DNA from: Pelagibacteraceae bacterium AG-422-N09 | Lineage (GTDB): Bacteria; Pseudomonadota; Alphaproteobacteria; Pelagibacterales; AG-422-B15 | Length of the DNA: 64,000 nucleotides | Direction of reading: 5' to 3' | Assembly (NCBI GenBank): GCA_003213515.1 | Contig: QCMV01000001.1 | Location: 60,272-124,271 of the forward strand | In this document: positions 42,000-52,584 of the stretch, one piece after another | Numbering within the stretch: the first letter of the stretch is position 1 | How the letters are laid out: each line of letters opens with the position of its first letter | The notes under the pieces: generated by a model | What the model was told of the DNA's origin: nothing | The model's input: the letters and a program-made list of their open reading frames with translations, nothing else | Database searches by the model: none | Made by a program: the position numbers and the translations under genes

Positions 42000-44177
42000 T
42001 CAATTAAAGAACGTATCTTTAAGCTTTTCGCTCGCAAATAATATAATTTGATCATCGTAGTGCTGAGAACCCATGTTCATTGTAGCGCTTCCAAATTGGT
42101 GAATGCTTTTTGATACCTGTTTTTTATTTTCATCCCATTTTACATAGATATAAAGGCCATCTCCAGCAACAGCTTTGAGTATACCATCGTCGCTTCGCGG
42201 GGCATAAATTGCCCTTAAAACATCTGGCCCTCCTTGAATGTGCACTAAATTTGATCCTCTCTCCAAGAAATTAACATCACTCCATTTTACGCTTAATGTC
42301 CCAAAGTTTTTCTCAAACTCATCTACACAATTAATGAAGATTTCGATTGGATCAGGGCGTGGCTTTCTTGTTATTTCTGCCAACCATTCAGGAGACAAAA
42401 TGCAAACACCAAAAGCTGCGTGTAAATTATTAGAATTAGTTCCTAGATCCCAATCTCTTAAAAATTCTTGAGCATTTTTTAATTTATTTTTCGAAAATTC
42501 ATGATTAAAAATTTCTTTCATAAACTTGTATTGTCTTGAATTGTAAGAAAACTTATTATCGTGTTTGTATTTATCAAGTTCACCAAATGATATTGATTTA
42601 TCAGGATCAAGAAGTTCGTAAGCTCTATATGCTCTATTCGTTGTTCGTGTTTGAAAACCCATAGTTGGATTGAAGTTAGATAAAGATAAGTTATCTTCCT
42701 TAGCTGTAACAAAAAAAGGATTTTGATTAGTACTAAATATATATCCAGAGCTTGGATTTAAGATCTGAGGCACGCTTTCAAAAGGATGAAAATTGTTCCA
42801 AATTAAATCACTCTTATTTCCGGGCACCACTTGCTTCCAATTATAGTTTGGGTCTCTTACTGGCGATTTAACATTATGAACAAAAAAGATATTATCTTCT
42901 TTATCGGCGTAAACTAAATTTAAACTAGCTAGCTGTTCCATTCTTAAGGCATCAAGCCATTCATCAATATTTTTTGATTTATTCATTTTGAGCCATGCAG
43001 TTGAGTGGTTGACATCATTCATTCCTACAAACCTTAGGGCATAGGCTTTATTATCATCCTTCAGAACAGGCCCATGTGCTGAATGGTACATTTGTATAGG
43101 ATATGTAATACTGAAAGGACCAAACAGTTTAACTTTAAATTCTTGATCCGTTTCGGTGAAATTAACCCATGCACCATCTAGTTCATACTGATCATTATTC
43201 TCTGGGTTAAGTTTTAATTCATAAATATCAGATAAGTCTGGCTGATTAACTGTAGCTCCCCACCCGAGATTTTCATTAAAGCCAACATGTACAAATGGCG
43301 ATCCTGGAAAAGTACCACCCATAATATTTAAGCCTTCTCCACTTTTTATATGAATTTCATACCAAGCAACCGGACCCGTTAATGGTTGATGTGAATTAAT
43401 TACAAGCATTGTCTCATTGTCTTGTGATCTACTTTTGGAAACGGCAAATGCGTTTGAACCTGATGGTTTAAAGTATGAATTTATGCTTGCAACTATTGGA
43501 TTATCGGATAATGCGTTCGTGTTCATTGCTACTTCCTCTTCTTTGCTATCCATTAAATTAATGAGTTCAGCAATTGAATGATCAATGCCATAAAATAACG
43601 GCATTCGAAATGTCATACCAGCAACCAAATCATATGCCGTAGCTGGATATAAAGATTGATCAACTAAGTTTGGGTTTTTTGCAGCATAATAATTAAGTCC
43701 ATCTGCATAACCTTTTATATAATTTATTGTCTCCCCAGGAATTTCTGAAATTTTTTTATTAACAGTTTCATGAACATTAAAAAACTTAAATAAAAAATCT
43801 AACTCTACTCCTTCAATTGCATCTAAGTTTTCCATTATGTCACCATTACCAGTAATCAGTGAATAAATAGCTGCAAATGTTTTCGAATTAAAATTTAAAT
43901 TTGAGAGCTCCCCACGAGACATTTTAATCATCATCTCGACATGTTTTAAATCATCCTCTGCTTGTGCATAAGCAAATCCGAATGCTGCATCTTTATCAGT
44001 ATCTCCATATACATGCGGTACTCCAAACTGGTCTCTTTTAATCTTGTAAGAGTAGTTTTTTTCTATTTCTAAAAAACTAGTTTGTGCAAAATTTCTAGTA
44101 TTGTATTGATTGACGACTATGAGTGCCGAAACAAAAACTAGAGCTATTCCTAGAATTGAAATTAAAAATTTATTCAA
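42000..44177 (-). CDS. Penicillin acylase-family (Ntn hydrolase) amidase, N-terminally anchored
   Basis: RDQFGVPHVYG, GFAYAQAED, autoprocessing site G-SNAFAV, NSHQP, WYEIH. Confidence 0.88.
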   Translation of the reverse strand: MNKFLISILGIALVFVSALIVVNQYNTRNFAQTSFLEIEKNYSYKIKRDQFGVPHVYGDTDKDAAFGFAYAQAEDDLKHVEMMIKMSRGELSNLNFNSKTFAAIYSLITGNGDIMENLDAIEGVELDFLFKFFNVHETVNKKISEIPGETINYIKGYADGLNYYAAKNPNLVDQSLYPATAYDLVAGMTFRMPLFYGIDHSIAELINLMDSKEEEVAMNTNALSDNPIVASINSYFKPSGSNAFAVSKSRSQDNETMLVINSHQPLTGPVAWYEIHIKSGEGLNIMGGTFPGSPFVHVGFNENLGWGATVNQPDLSDIYELKLNPENNDQYELDGAWVNFTETDQEFKVKLFGPFSITYPIQMYHSAHGPVLKDDNKAYALRFVGMNDVNHSTAWLKMNKSKNIDEWLDALRMEQLASLNLVYADKEDNIFFVHNVKSPVRDPNYNWKQVVPGNKSDLIWNNFHPFESVPQILNPSSGYIFSTNQNPFFVTAKEDNLSLSNFNPTMGFQTRTTNRAYRAYELLDPDKSISFGELDKYKHDNKFSYNSRQYKFMKEIFNHEFSKNKLKNAQEFLRDWDLGTNSNNLHAAFGVCILSPEWLAEITRKPRPDPIEIFINCVDEFEKNFGTLSVKWSDVNFLERGSNLVHIQGGPDVLRAIYAPRSDDGILKAVAGDGLYIYVKWDENKKQVSKSIHQFGSATMNMGSQHYDDQIILFASEKLKDTFFN

Positions 44178-44179
44178 AA

Positions 44180-45841
44180 TTATGCAGCGGTTTTGTCTTT
44201 GTAGCTCACATGCTGTGGTGGAAGGAATTCATTGCCAAGAATATGATCAGAAATTTTATCAGCTATCATAATTGTTGGTGCGTTCGTGTTTCCACCAATG
44301 AGAGTTGGCATTACAGACGCATCGATCACTCTTAAATTTTCGACTCCTTTAACCCTTAATTTATCGTCTACTACTGCAAATTCATCACTGCCCATTTTAC
44401 AGGTACCAACTGGATGATAAATTGTTTCTGCAGCATTTCTTATAAACTCTTCAATTTCAGCATCCGTTTGAACATGAAAACCGGGTGTCATTTCTTTACC
44501 TCGGTATTCATCAAAAGCAGACTGGTTCATGATTTCTCTAGACATTTTTACACCTTTTATAAGAGTGTCTCGATCTTTTTGAGTTGCAAAATAATTTGGC
44601 TGTATAATCGGAGGTACTGTCGGATCAAGGGATTTTAGAGCAATGTAGCCCCTACTTTCAGGTCTAAGCATGCACACGTGATTACTAAAAGCATGTGAAT
44701 CAGGTCTTGTCTTTCCATGGTCTTTTAAAAGTGATCCAATAAAGTGCATTTGAATGTCTGGAAGGTCAAGCGTGTCATCTGTTTTTAAAAATGATACACC
44801 TGATAAACCAATATCATTTCCTGGTCCTTTTTTAGTTATCATCCATTGAGCTAAAATTGCGGCCATTCTAAAAACAGCAAGTCCACCCGCTGTATATTTC
44901 GCTTCAGTTACTGGCTGCGTACACTCGTAGTGAGACAATACATCTAAATGATCCTGTAGGTTTTCACCTACTCCTGGTAGATCTGCTACAACTTTTAATC
45001 CCCATTTTTTTATGTAATCCCCTTTACCGATACCTGAAAGTTGTAATATTTGAGGCGAGTTAATAGCACCTCCGCATACAATTACTTCCCTATCAGCATA
45101 AGCCTTTATAACTTCTTTTCCTTTTAGATACTCAAGCCCTACACATTTAGTACCCTCGAATAAAAGTTTGTTAGTTGTTGAATTAGTTGCAATCGTTAAA
45201 TTTTTTCTATCTTTAATAGGATTTAAAAATGAAAAACTCGTGCTTGCCCTATAACCATTTGAAATAGTCTGGGGACAAGGTCCAAAACCCTCATTATCAT
45301 ATTGATTAATGTCTTCAATGTATTTATAGCCAGCTTCTTTACCAGCATTTAAAAAACAACGATGTAGAGGATTATTGTCAAACAATGGATTTTGAACACT
45401 TAGCTCTCCATCACTTCCATGAAATTCTGATGATCCATTTTCATTTTTTTCAGCTCTTTTAAAATAAGGCAACACTTCCTCATAAGACCATCCTTCATTG
45501 CCGAGCTGTCTCCAAATATCATAATCACGTGAGTGGCCTCTTACATAAAGCATTCCATTAATATTGCTTGAACCACCCAAGCCCTTACCTCGAGGAAAGA
45601 AAAGTTTTCTATTATTTAAATGTGGTTGACCCTCAGTCCAATAGCCATAATTATAAAATTTACCTGCACCTTCGCCAGAAATTAATTCAAGCACACCTGC
45701 TGGCATTTTAACAAAAGGATGCCATGTGGTTCCACCCGCCTCGATTAATAAAACCTTTGTATCAGGATCTTTAGAGAGTCTATTGGCTAGAACGCAACCA
45801 GCTGAACCTGCTCCAGCAATTATGTAGTCAAAATTATTCAT
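44180..45841 (-). CDS. GMC oxidoreductase (choline dehydrogenase-like)
   Basis: GAGSAGCVLANRL, GLGGSSNINGM, YHPVGTCKMG, GNTNAPTIM. Confidence 0.9.
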   Translation of the reverse strand: MNNFDYIIAGAGSAGCVLANRLSKDPDTKVLLIEAGGTTWHPFVKMPAGVLELISGEGAGKFYNYGYWTEGQPHLNNRKLFFPRGKGLGGSSNINGMLYVRGHSRDYDIWRQLGNEGWSYEEVLPYFKRAEKNENGSSEFHGSDGELSVQNPLFDNNPLHRCFLNAGKEAGYKYIEDINQYDNEGFGPCPQTISNGYRASTSFSFLNPIKDRKNLTIATNSTTNKLLFEGTKCVGLEYLKGKEVIKAYADREVIVCGGAINSPQILQLSGIGKGDYIKKWGLKVVADLPGVGENLQDHLDVLSHYECTQPVTEAKYTAGGLAVFRMAAILAQWMITKKGPGNDIGLSGVSFLKTDDTLDLPDIQMHFIGSLLKDHGKTRPDSHAFSNHVCMLRPESRGYIALKSLDPTVPPIIQPNYFATQKDRDTLIKGVKMSREIMNQSAFDEYRGKEMTPGFHVQTDAEIEEFIRNAAETIYHPVGTCKMGSDEFAVVDDKLRVKGVENLRVIDASVMPTLIGGNTNAPTIMIADKISDHILGNEFLPPQHVSYKDKTAA

Positions 45842-46368
45842 TCAATATTCTCTTCTTTTAAATTATCTCTAAATTTTTTCATATTTTCAACATAGTGAAA
45901 AGCACTAAGTTCAATTATCTTTTTTTCCATATCTGTCAATTCTCTTTTAACAGTTCCAGGGGATCCCACTATCAGGCTATTGTCAGGAAATTCTTTCCCC
46001 TCTGTTATTAGAGTATTAGCGCCAACCAAACAATTATTCCCTATTTTTGCCTTATTTAAAACTGTTGAGCCCATTCCTATTAGAGAATTATTTCCAACTG
46101 AACAACTATGTAAGATAACTTTATGCCCTACTGTAACATTATCCCCTATCACTAATGGCATCCCATCATCCGTATGGCAAACAGAATTATCTTGAATATT
46201 GGAATTTTCACCAACAATTATTGGATCATTGTCACCCCTCAAAACAGCTCCAAACCACACACTTGCATTTTTTTTCAGTGTAATATCTCCGATCACAGAA
46301 GCACTTGGTGCGACCCAGAAGTCTGCATTATCTCGATTTATTTTTTTATCTCCGAGTGAATAGATCAT
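45838..46368 (-). CDS. Gamma carbonic anhydrase-family protein
   Basis: VLRGDN, SNIQDN..CH, VGH...H hexapeptide repeats. Confidence 0.9.
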   Translation of the reverse strand: MIYSLGDKKINRDNADFWVAPSASVIGDITLKKNASVWFGAVLRGDNDPIIVGENSNIQDNSVCHTDDGMPLVIGDNVTVGHKVILHSCSVGNNSLIGMGSTVLNKAKIGNNCLVGANTLITEGKEFPDNSLIVGSPGTVKRELTDMEKKIIELSAFHYVENMKKFRDNLKEENIE

Positions 46369-46437
46369 ATCTTGTTATTTAGTTAAGTAAGAAATATAGT
46401 AAAGATAATTAGATATTTAAACAATAGAAAGAAAATT

Positions 46438-46998
46438 ATGGTTGCATTAGAAACACCGATCTGTGATTTTGGATGGAAAGCTCCAGAATTTAATCTTATT
46501 GGAGTCGATAACAAATACTATTCATTTCAAGATATTAAAGGTCCAAATGGGACGCTGATAATGTTCATATGCAATCACTGTCCATACGTGAAATCAGTGA
46601 TACATCGAATTGTTGAAGATACAACCATACTAAAAGAAAAAGGTATAGGCGTAATCGCAATAATGTCTAATGATGTAAATGATCCAAAATATGGTGAAGA
46701 AGACTCGTTTGATAATATGAAGTTATTTTCTGACAAAAATAATTTTGTGTTTCCTTACGTCTATGACGAGACCCAAAATGTCGGACGGAAATATAATGCA
46801 GTGTGCACTCCTGATTTTTTTGGTTTTAATGGAAATAATGAACTTCAATACAGAGGCAGACTTGAAGAGTCTAAAATGGAAATAATTCCAAATGCTAGAA
46901 AAGAGCTTTTAGAAGCAATGATGCAAGTTTCAGAAACGGGGTCAGGTCCAAAGGACCAGATACCAAGTATTGGATGTTCAATTAAGTGGAAAGAATAA
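46438..46998 (+). CDS. Thioredoxin-like/AhpC-TSA protein
   Basis: MFICNHCPYV, AVCTPDFF, PSIGCSIKW. Confidence 0.9.
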   Translation: MVALETPICDFGWKAPEFNLIGVDNKYYSFQDIKGPNGTLIMFICNHCPYVKSVIHRIVEDTTILKEKGIGVIAIMSNDVNDPKYGEEDSFDNMKLFSDKNNFVFPYVYDETQNVGRKYNAVCTPDFFGFNGNNELQYRGRLEESKMEIIPNARKELLEAMMQVSETGSGPKDQIPSIGCSIKWKE

Positions 46999-47008
46999 AG
47001 AAATTCAA

Positions 47009-48124
47009 GTGATCATCATCACAACCCAATGCTTCGCACCAAAAATCGGAGGCATTGAATCTTTAATGACTGGAATGGCAGAAGCTATGGTAAACCATGG
47101 GGTTGAAGTTCTCGTGTTAGCTGACGGAAAAACTCATGAAACTGACCATAAACAAAAATATAAAATTAAAAGATTTAGTGGATGGAAACCTCTCAGAAGA
47201 TTGGCAAAAGCAAAATACTTAGAAAAAATATGCAGCAGCAATAACGTAAAAGCAATCTATGCAGACTCTTGGAAAAGCGTTGAATATATAAAAAAATATA
47301 AGAAAAAAATTTTGGTACTTGCCCATGGCACTGAAATTCCAAAGCAGTATTGGACTATAATGCTTGATTTATTGAGATTTAAGAAAAATAGAATTATAAA
47401 TTCTTACAACGGTGTTCACAAGATTTTGGCAAATTCCTCATACACGAAAGATCTCATGCAAGCCTCTCTTAAAATAGATATAAACCTAATAAAAACCATT
47501 CATCCAGGTATAGATGTTTATGATGATTTTATAACAGAGGAAGATAAAAAAAATGTGAATAAGATTGTTGGTAAAAACTCACCCGTGATAACAACTCTTG
47601 CTAGAATTGAAAAGAGAAAAGGTCATGAGTTTATTTTAAAAGCATTGGCTGAGATTAGAGAAAAGTTTCCAAAAATATTATATTTGATAGCAGGTAAAGG
47701 TCCATATCTGGAAAATATAAAAAAAATAACTGCAGAAATGAATTTACAGAAGAATGTCAAGTTTCTTGGATGGATAACTGAACCAGAAAAATCATTAATT
47801 CTTAAACAATCTGATTTATTTGTCATGACGCCGACAACTGTGGGAGAGTCAGTTGAGGGTTTTGGCATGGCTTATATTGATGCTTCATTTCATGGCGTAG
47901 CATCTGTTGGAAGTGATAGCGGCGGGGTAAACGACGCAATTTTAGATAATCAAACAGGAATAATATGTGAGGCTGGCAATCAAAAAATGATCACAGAAAA
48001 AATATTACTCTTACTTGAAAATAAAAAGCTGAGAGAAAGTATGGGAGCAAAAGGAAAGTTAAGAGCTAATGAAAGTTATGCATGGGATAAAAAGGTTATT
48101 GAATACCTTGATGCATCTAAATAA
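47009..48124 (+). CDS. Glycosyltransferase family 4
   Basis: FAPKIGGIE, RIEKRKG, EGFGMAYIDA; GTG 47009 preferred as start. Confidence 0.88.
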   Translation: MIIITTQCFAPKIGGIESLMTGMAEAMVNHGVEVLVLADGKTHETDHKQKYKIKRFSGWKPLRRLAKAKYLEKICSSNNVKAIYADSWKSVEYIKKYKKKILVLAHGTEIPKQYWTIMLDLLRFKKNRIINSYNGVHKILANSSYTKDLMQASLKIDINLIKTIHPGIDVYDDFITEEDKKNVNKIVGKNSPVITTLARIEKRKGHEFILKALAEIREKFPKILYLIAGKGPYLENIKKITAEMNLQKNVKFLGWITEPEKSLILKQSDLFVMTPTTVGESVEGFGMAYIDASFHGVASVGSDSGGVNDAILDNQTGIICEAGNQKMITEKILLLLENKKLRESMGAKGKLRANESYAWDKKVIEYLDASK

Positions 48125-48143
48125 GTAAATTTAAGAAATTAAA

Positions 48144-48220
48144 TGGTAGCGGGAGAGGGATTTGAACCCCCGACCTAAGGATTATGATTCCTCCGCTCTA
48201 ACCAACTGAGCTACCCCGCC
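48144..48220 (-). tRNA. tRNA-Met(CAU), probably elongator
   Basis: Reverse complement GGCGGGGTAGCTCAGTTGGTTAGAGCG-GAGGA-ATCATAA-TCCTT..GGTTCAAATCC..GCTACCA; no initiator C1 mismatch or GGG/CCC anticodon stem. Confidence 0.92.
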
Positions 48221-48244
48221 AAAGATGAGCCATAATATACAATA

Positions 48245-49342
48245 TTACTCATTTGTCGAATGGATCCAACCGCCTCCTAAAAGCCGTGTGCCTATTTCAT
48301 CTTTACAATAAAAAACACAAGCCTGGCCAGGTGATACCGCGGTTTCTGGAGATGCTAGAGAAATTGTTGCCTCATTCTCTTCGTTAATTTTAATTTTTGC
48401 ATTCAATAATTTTCCAGTTGACCTAACTCTTACATATAGGTTGTTTGGTAAATTATTTGTAATTAAGTTTACGTTTTGAACATATATAGTTGAAGAACTA
48501 ATATTGTCTTTACTTGCTACAATGACTCTATTTTTATGTTTATCAATTTTTTTTACATAAAGAGGCTCGTCCTGTGAAACTCCTAAACCTCTTCTTTGTC
48601 CTATTGTGAAATTTTGAATACCTTCATGTTTATTGAGCACATTTCCGTCTACATCTACAACTTCACCTTCATCACTTTCAATGCTCTTATTTATAAATTT
48701 TTTATAATCTCCATCAGGTATAAAACAAATATCTTGACTATCACTTTTATCAAATACGTGTAAATTTAATTTTAAAGCTAGATCTCTGATCTCATCTTTT
48801 TTGTAATCACCCAGAGGAAATTCGATGAGATCCAGATCGTCTTTCTTCATTGTAAAAAGAAAATAGGACTGATCTCGGTCTCTATCCTGAGGAACGTACA
48901 ATCTCCACTCATTATCTATTTTTACTTTTTTTATATAATGTCCTGTTACTAATGACTTAGCATTGATTTCTCTTGCAAAAGATAGAAGGTCTAGAAACTT
49001 TACTTTTTCATTACAGTTTATGCAAGGTATGGGGGTTCTTCCTGATCTATATTCGTTAATAAAAGGCTCAATAACATTTTTTTTAAATATTTCTTCATAA
49101 TCAAAAACATAATGTGGAATAGTTATAGTGTTAGCTATTTTTTTTGCATCCATTATATCCGCGCCCGAACAACATGTTTTAGAATTTGCTACTTTTTTTT
49201 CATCATATAATCTTAAAGTAACACCTATCACATCTTCATAATCCTTATTCATTAGCGCAGCAGCTACTGATGAGTCAACGCCACCTGACATAGCTACTAC
49301 AATAGGATTATTTCCCTTTATGCTATTCACATTGCTTTCCAT
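48245..49342 (-). CDS. mnmA: tRNA 2-thiouridine synthase
   Basis: AMSGGVDSSVAA, TPIPCINCN, RDQSYFL, DSQDICF, TIGQRRG. Confidence 0.95.
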   Translation of the reverse strand: MESNVNSIKGNNPIVVAMSGGVDSSVAAALMNKDYEDVIGVTLRLYDEKKVANSKTCCSGADIMDAKKIANTITIPHYVFDYEEIFKKNVIEPFINEYRSGRTPIPCINCNEKVKFLDLLSFAREINAKSLVTGHYIKKVKIDNEWRLYVPQDRDRDQSYFLFTMKKDDLDLIEFPLGDYKKDEIRDLALKLNLHVFDKSDSQDICFIPDGDYKKFINKSIESDEGEVVDVDGNVLNKHEGIQNFTIGQRRGLGVSQDEPLYVKKIDKHKNRVIVASKDNISSSTIYVQNVNLITNNLPNNLYVRVRSTGKLLNAKIKINEENEATISLASPETAVSPGQACVFYCKDEIGTRLLGGGWIHSTNE

Positions 49343-49416
49343 ACGATTTAATAATTTTGCTCTGGTATGTATAATATATTTGTCTTATTGTCTATTTTAC
49401 AAGCTTTACTCCTTAT

Positions 49417-50190
49417 ATGAAAATAACACCTGAAAAACTTGATGAATTAATTAGGATTGTTCATCTTGCCGGTGTTGAAATCATCAAAATCTATAAAAAA
49501 AAGGTAACCAAAAAATACAAGTCCGATAATACACCTGTTACAAATGCAGATATTAAGGCAAATGATATAATTTGTAGTGGCTTAAAAAGACATTTTCCTG
49601 ATATTTCAATTGTTTCAGAAGAGCAAATTAAAAAAGGTAAAGCTGCTCAAAGATTTTGGTTAGTAGACCCGCTAGATGGTACAAAAGAATTTTTAAAAGG
49701 TAACGGCGAATTCACTGTAAATATAGGTCTGATTGAAAATAAAAAACCAGTTTTCGGGATTATTTATATGCCTACTAAAAAAAAGCTTTATTTCACTAAA
49801 GATAAAAAATCTTATTTCTCAAAATTGAACAAAAAAGGCCAGATTAATAACATAAAAAAAATCAAAGTTAAAAAAAGAAAAAAAAATATAGTCATTTTAA
49901 GTAGATCTCATTCGCTTGCTAAAAGTGAAGCAGAAAAAGCAAAAAAAATGATATTTAAGAAATTTAAAGCAAATAAAATACTCCGCTCAGGAAGTTCAAT
50001 AAAATTATGTTACATCGCACATGGCTTAGCAAATGTATACCCTCGGTATGGAACTACAATGGAATGGGATACAGCTGCTGGAGATGCGATATTAAGATTT
50101 GCTGGCGGCAGAATAAGAACATTAGATCGTAAAATTTTGCGATATGGTAAGCGTAATTTTAGAAATTCTTCTTTTATTGCTCGCAGCTAA
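49417..50190 (+). CDS. cysQ: 3'(2'),5'-bisphosphate nucleotidase
   Basis: PVTNAD, WLVDPLDGTKEF, GSSIK, EWDTAAG. Confidence 0.92.
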   Translation: MKITPEKLDELIRIVHLAGVEIIKIYKKKVTKKYKSDNTPVTNADIKANDIICSGLKRHFPDISIVSEEQIKKGKAAQRFWLVDPLDGTKEFLKGNGEFTVNIGLIENKKPVFGIIYMPTKKKLYFTKDKKSYFSKLNKKGQINNIKKIKVKKRKKNIVILSRSHSLAKSEAEKAKKMIFKKFKANKILRSGSSIKLCYIAHGLANVYPRYGTTMEWDTAAGDAILRFAGGRIRTLDRKILRYGKRNFRNSSFIARS

Positions 50191-51497
50191 TAGAAACTTA
50201 TTGGATTCCCAAATACTGACTTATTGATTTTATTTTTCCATAAAGCAGCTTTACCATTTATTATTGTTCCAACAGGCCAACCTTTTACTTTCATACCATT
50301 AAAAGGTGTCCATCCGCATTTTGTTTTCATATCTTTATTCAAAACTTTTTTAGTTTTATTCATATCAACAATAGTTAGATCAGCATCATAACCAACTTTA
50401 ATTAACCCTTTATTTTTAACTTTAAAAATTTTTTTAGGATTAAAGCTTGTTAGCTTTACTACCTCATTGAGTGAAATTGTCTTTTTTGTAACTTCATTTA
50501 ACAAAATAGGAAGCAGAGTTTGAACTCCTGGCATTCCTGATGGACTATTTGGATAAATTTGATTTTTTTCGGATTTTAAATGAGGAGCGTGATCTGATCC
50601 AATAATATCAATTTGGCCTTTTTGTAATGTTTTTCTAAGAACATTTCTATGTTTAGTTCCTCTAATAGGCGGATTCATCTGAGCGTAAGTACCCAGTTTC
50701 TTATAACAATCAGGAGATGCAAATATTAAATGCTGAGGAGTTACTTCAAATGAGACATATTTTCTATTTTTTAGAAGCAATTTTATTTCTTCTGCTGTTG
50801 TTATATGAAGTACATGTATTTTTTTCTTACTTCTATTAGCTGATCTGATCAGCTTTCTAGTAGAACTTAAGGCTGTATCTTCATTTCGCCACACTTGATG
50901 GCTTAATGGTTTTCCTTTTTTAGCATATTTTTTTCTAGCAATAAGCATATCTTCATTTTCAGAGTGAAATGAGATCATTTTCTTCGTTGCTCTCATTATT
51001 TTTTCAATATCAGCATGGTTTGAAACGAGTAATGTGCCGGTTGAGGAGCCAACAAAGACCTTTACACCACAACAACCTTTTACTTTTTCAACTTTTTTAA
51101 TTTCTTTAATATTATCTTTCTCAGCTCCAAAATAAAAAGCGTAGTTGCAATGCATTCTCTTTTTTGCAGTTTTCAGCTTCTTCATAAAAAGTTTTCTTGT
51201 TGTAATACTAGGCTTGTTATTAGGCATATCAAAAACTGAAGTTATCCCTCCCGCAACAGCCGCTAAGCTTCCTGTTTTGAGATTTTCTTTTTTTGTATTA
51301 CCCGGTTCTCTAAAATGAACTTGTGTATCAAAAGCACCCGGTAGAATATGCAAACCCATTGCATCAATGGTTTTTTTTGACTTTAAATTAATTAGATTAC
51401 CAATTTTGAATATTTTTCCATTTTTTATAGCAATATCAGCTATTTTTTCGTCTTTATGAGTTACAATTTTTCCATTTTTTATTATGAGGTCAATCAT
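50187..51497 (-). CDS. pyrC: Dihydroorotase
   Basis: DTQVHFREPG, MPN, MNPPIR, SDHAPH. Confidence 0.92.
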   Translation of the reverse strand: MIDLIIKNGKIVTHKDEKIADIAIKNGKIFKIGNLINLKSKKTIDAMGLHILPGAFDTQVHFREPGNTKKENLKTGSLAAVAGGITSVFDMPNNKPSITTRKLFMKKLKTAKKRMHCNYAFYFGAEKDNIKEIKKVEKVKGCCGVKVFVGSSTGTLLVSNHADIEKIMRATKKMISFHSENEDMLIARKKYAKKGKPLSHQVWRNEDTALSSTRKLIRSANRSKKKIHVLHITTAEEIKLLLKNRKYVSFEVTPQHLIFASPDCYKKLGTYAQMNPPIRGTKHRNVLRKTLQKGQIDIIGSDHAPHLKSEKNQIYPNSPSGMPGVQTLLPILLNEVTKKTISLNEVVKLTSFNPKKIFKVKNKGLIKVGYDADLTIVDMNKTKKVLNKDMKTKCGWTPFNGMKVKGWPVGTIINGKAALWKNKINKSVFGNPISFY

Positions 51498-52378
51498 CTT
51501 ACATATTCTTTTATGCTATTTAGTACCTTTTCAACAGATAAATTTTCAAGATAATAATCTCGATCTTTATCTGATTTAATTACTCTGTGATTTCCCCATG
51601 GTCCATATACCAAATCATTCGTAGGTCCAAAAAGAGCAAATGTCTTGCACCCTGAAGATGCCGCAAGATGCATCAGACCACTGTCGCTTCCAATAAAAAA
51701 ACGGCACTTCTTAAATATGGGAACCATATTTCTCAAATTGCCCCAATCAAATAAATTAATTATTTCTAATTCTGACGTCTTAATAAATTCCTCTATTTCC
51801 CTTTTATTAACAATATCCCTTGAAACGCCTGTAAGTATTATTGTGTGGTTTTTAAAAAATTCATTTTGAAAAAGATTTTTATATTTTTTCAATGACCAAT
51901 CCTTCTTTGGCCAATTAGAGTAGGGAGCAACAGCAATTAAATGATCATTATTTTTTATTTTTTTATAACTTATATTTGCATCTTCTTGGCTATACCATAT
52001 TTCTGGAATGAGAGCTTCTTTTGTGTCTATAAATTTACTAAATTGCATAACTTTATGTGATAGTTCATCTCCTCTGAATATCATTCTTTTTTTTGTATTC
52101 AAAAGATAAGACGTTGCTGATGATCTTAAATCAATTACTAAATCCCATTTCTTAAAAATTGAAAATTTAGTTATATTCAACCAATGAAGGCCAAATCTTT
52201 TTTTATCAACTACAATTATTTCCTGAAGGTGAGGCATAAATTTGTATAAATCTTTTGCAAATGAACTTGTTACAACTGAGATGCTACATTGATCAAACTT
52301 TTTAATATAAAAGTTTAATATTGAAGTAGATAGTATTGTGTCACCTATTCTTGTGGGGCCAATAAATAGAATTTTCAT
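51494..52378 (-). CDS. Glycosyltransferase family 9 (heptosyltransferase-like)
   Basis: RIGDTIL, DSGLMHLAAS, LFGPT. Confidence 0.9.
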   Translation of the reverse strand: MKILFIGPTRIGDTILSTSILNFYIKKFDQCSISVVTSSFAKDLYKFMPHLQEIIVVDKKRFGLHWLNITKFSIFKKWDLVIDLRSSATSYLLNTKKRMIFRGDELSHKVMQFSKFIDTKEALIPEIWYSQEDANISYKKIKNNDHLIAVAPYSNWPKKDWSLKKYKNLFQNEFFKNHTIILTGVSRDIVNKREIEEFIKTSELEIINLFDWGNLRNMVPIFKKCRFFIGSDSGLMHLAASSGCKTFALFGPTNDLVYGPWGNHRVIKSDKDRDYYLENLSVEKVLNSIKEYVR

Positions 52379-52406
52379 TAAATATTAACCATTAGATTAA
52401 CTTTTT

Positions 52407-52492
52407 TGGTGCCGTCGGAGAGACTCGAACTCTCACGAACCATGTTCACTGATCCCTCAAACCAGCCTGTCTACCAATTCCAGCACGACGGC
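52407..52492 (-). tRNA. tRNA-Leu(GAG)
   Basis: Reverse complement GCCGTCGTGCTGGAATTGGTAGACAGG-CTGGT-TTGAGGG-ATCAG, long variable arm, GTTCGAGTC..CGACGGCACCA. Confidence 0.94.
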
Positions 52493-52584
52493 AGCTTTTA
52501 TCCCTTTTTTTTTATAATTGTTGATATGTTGAAATATATACATTTAACTATAATTGTAATATTAAACTATATTAAAAAATAATA

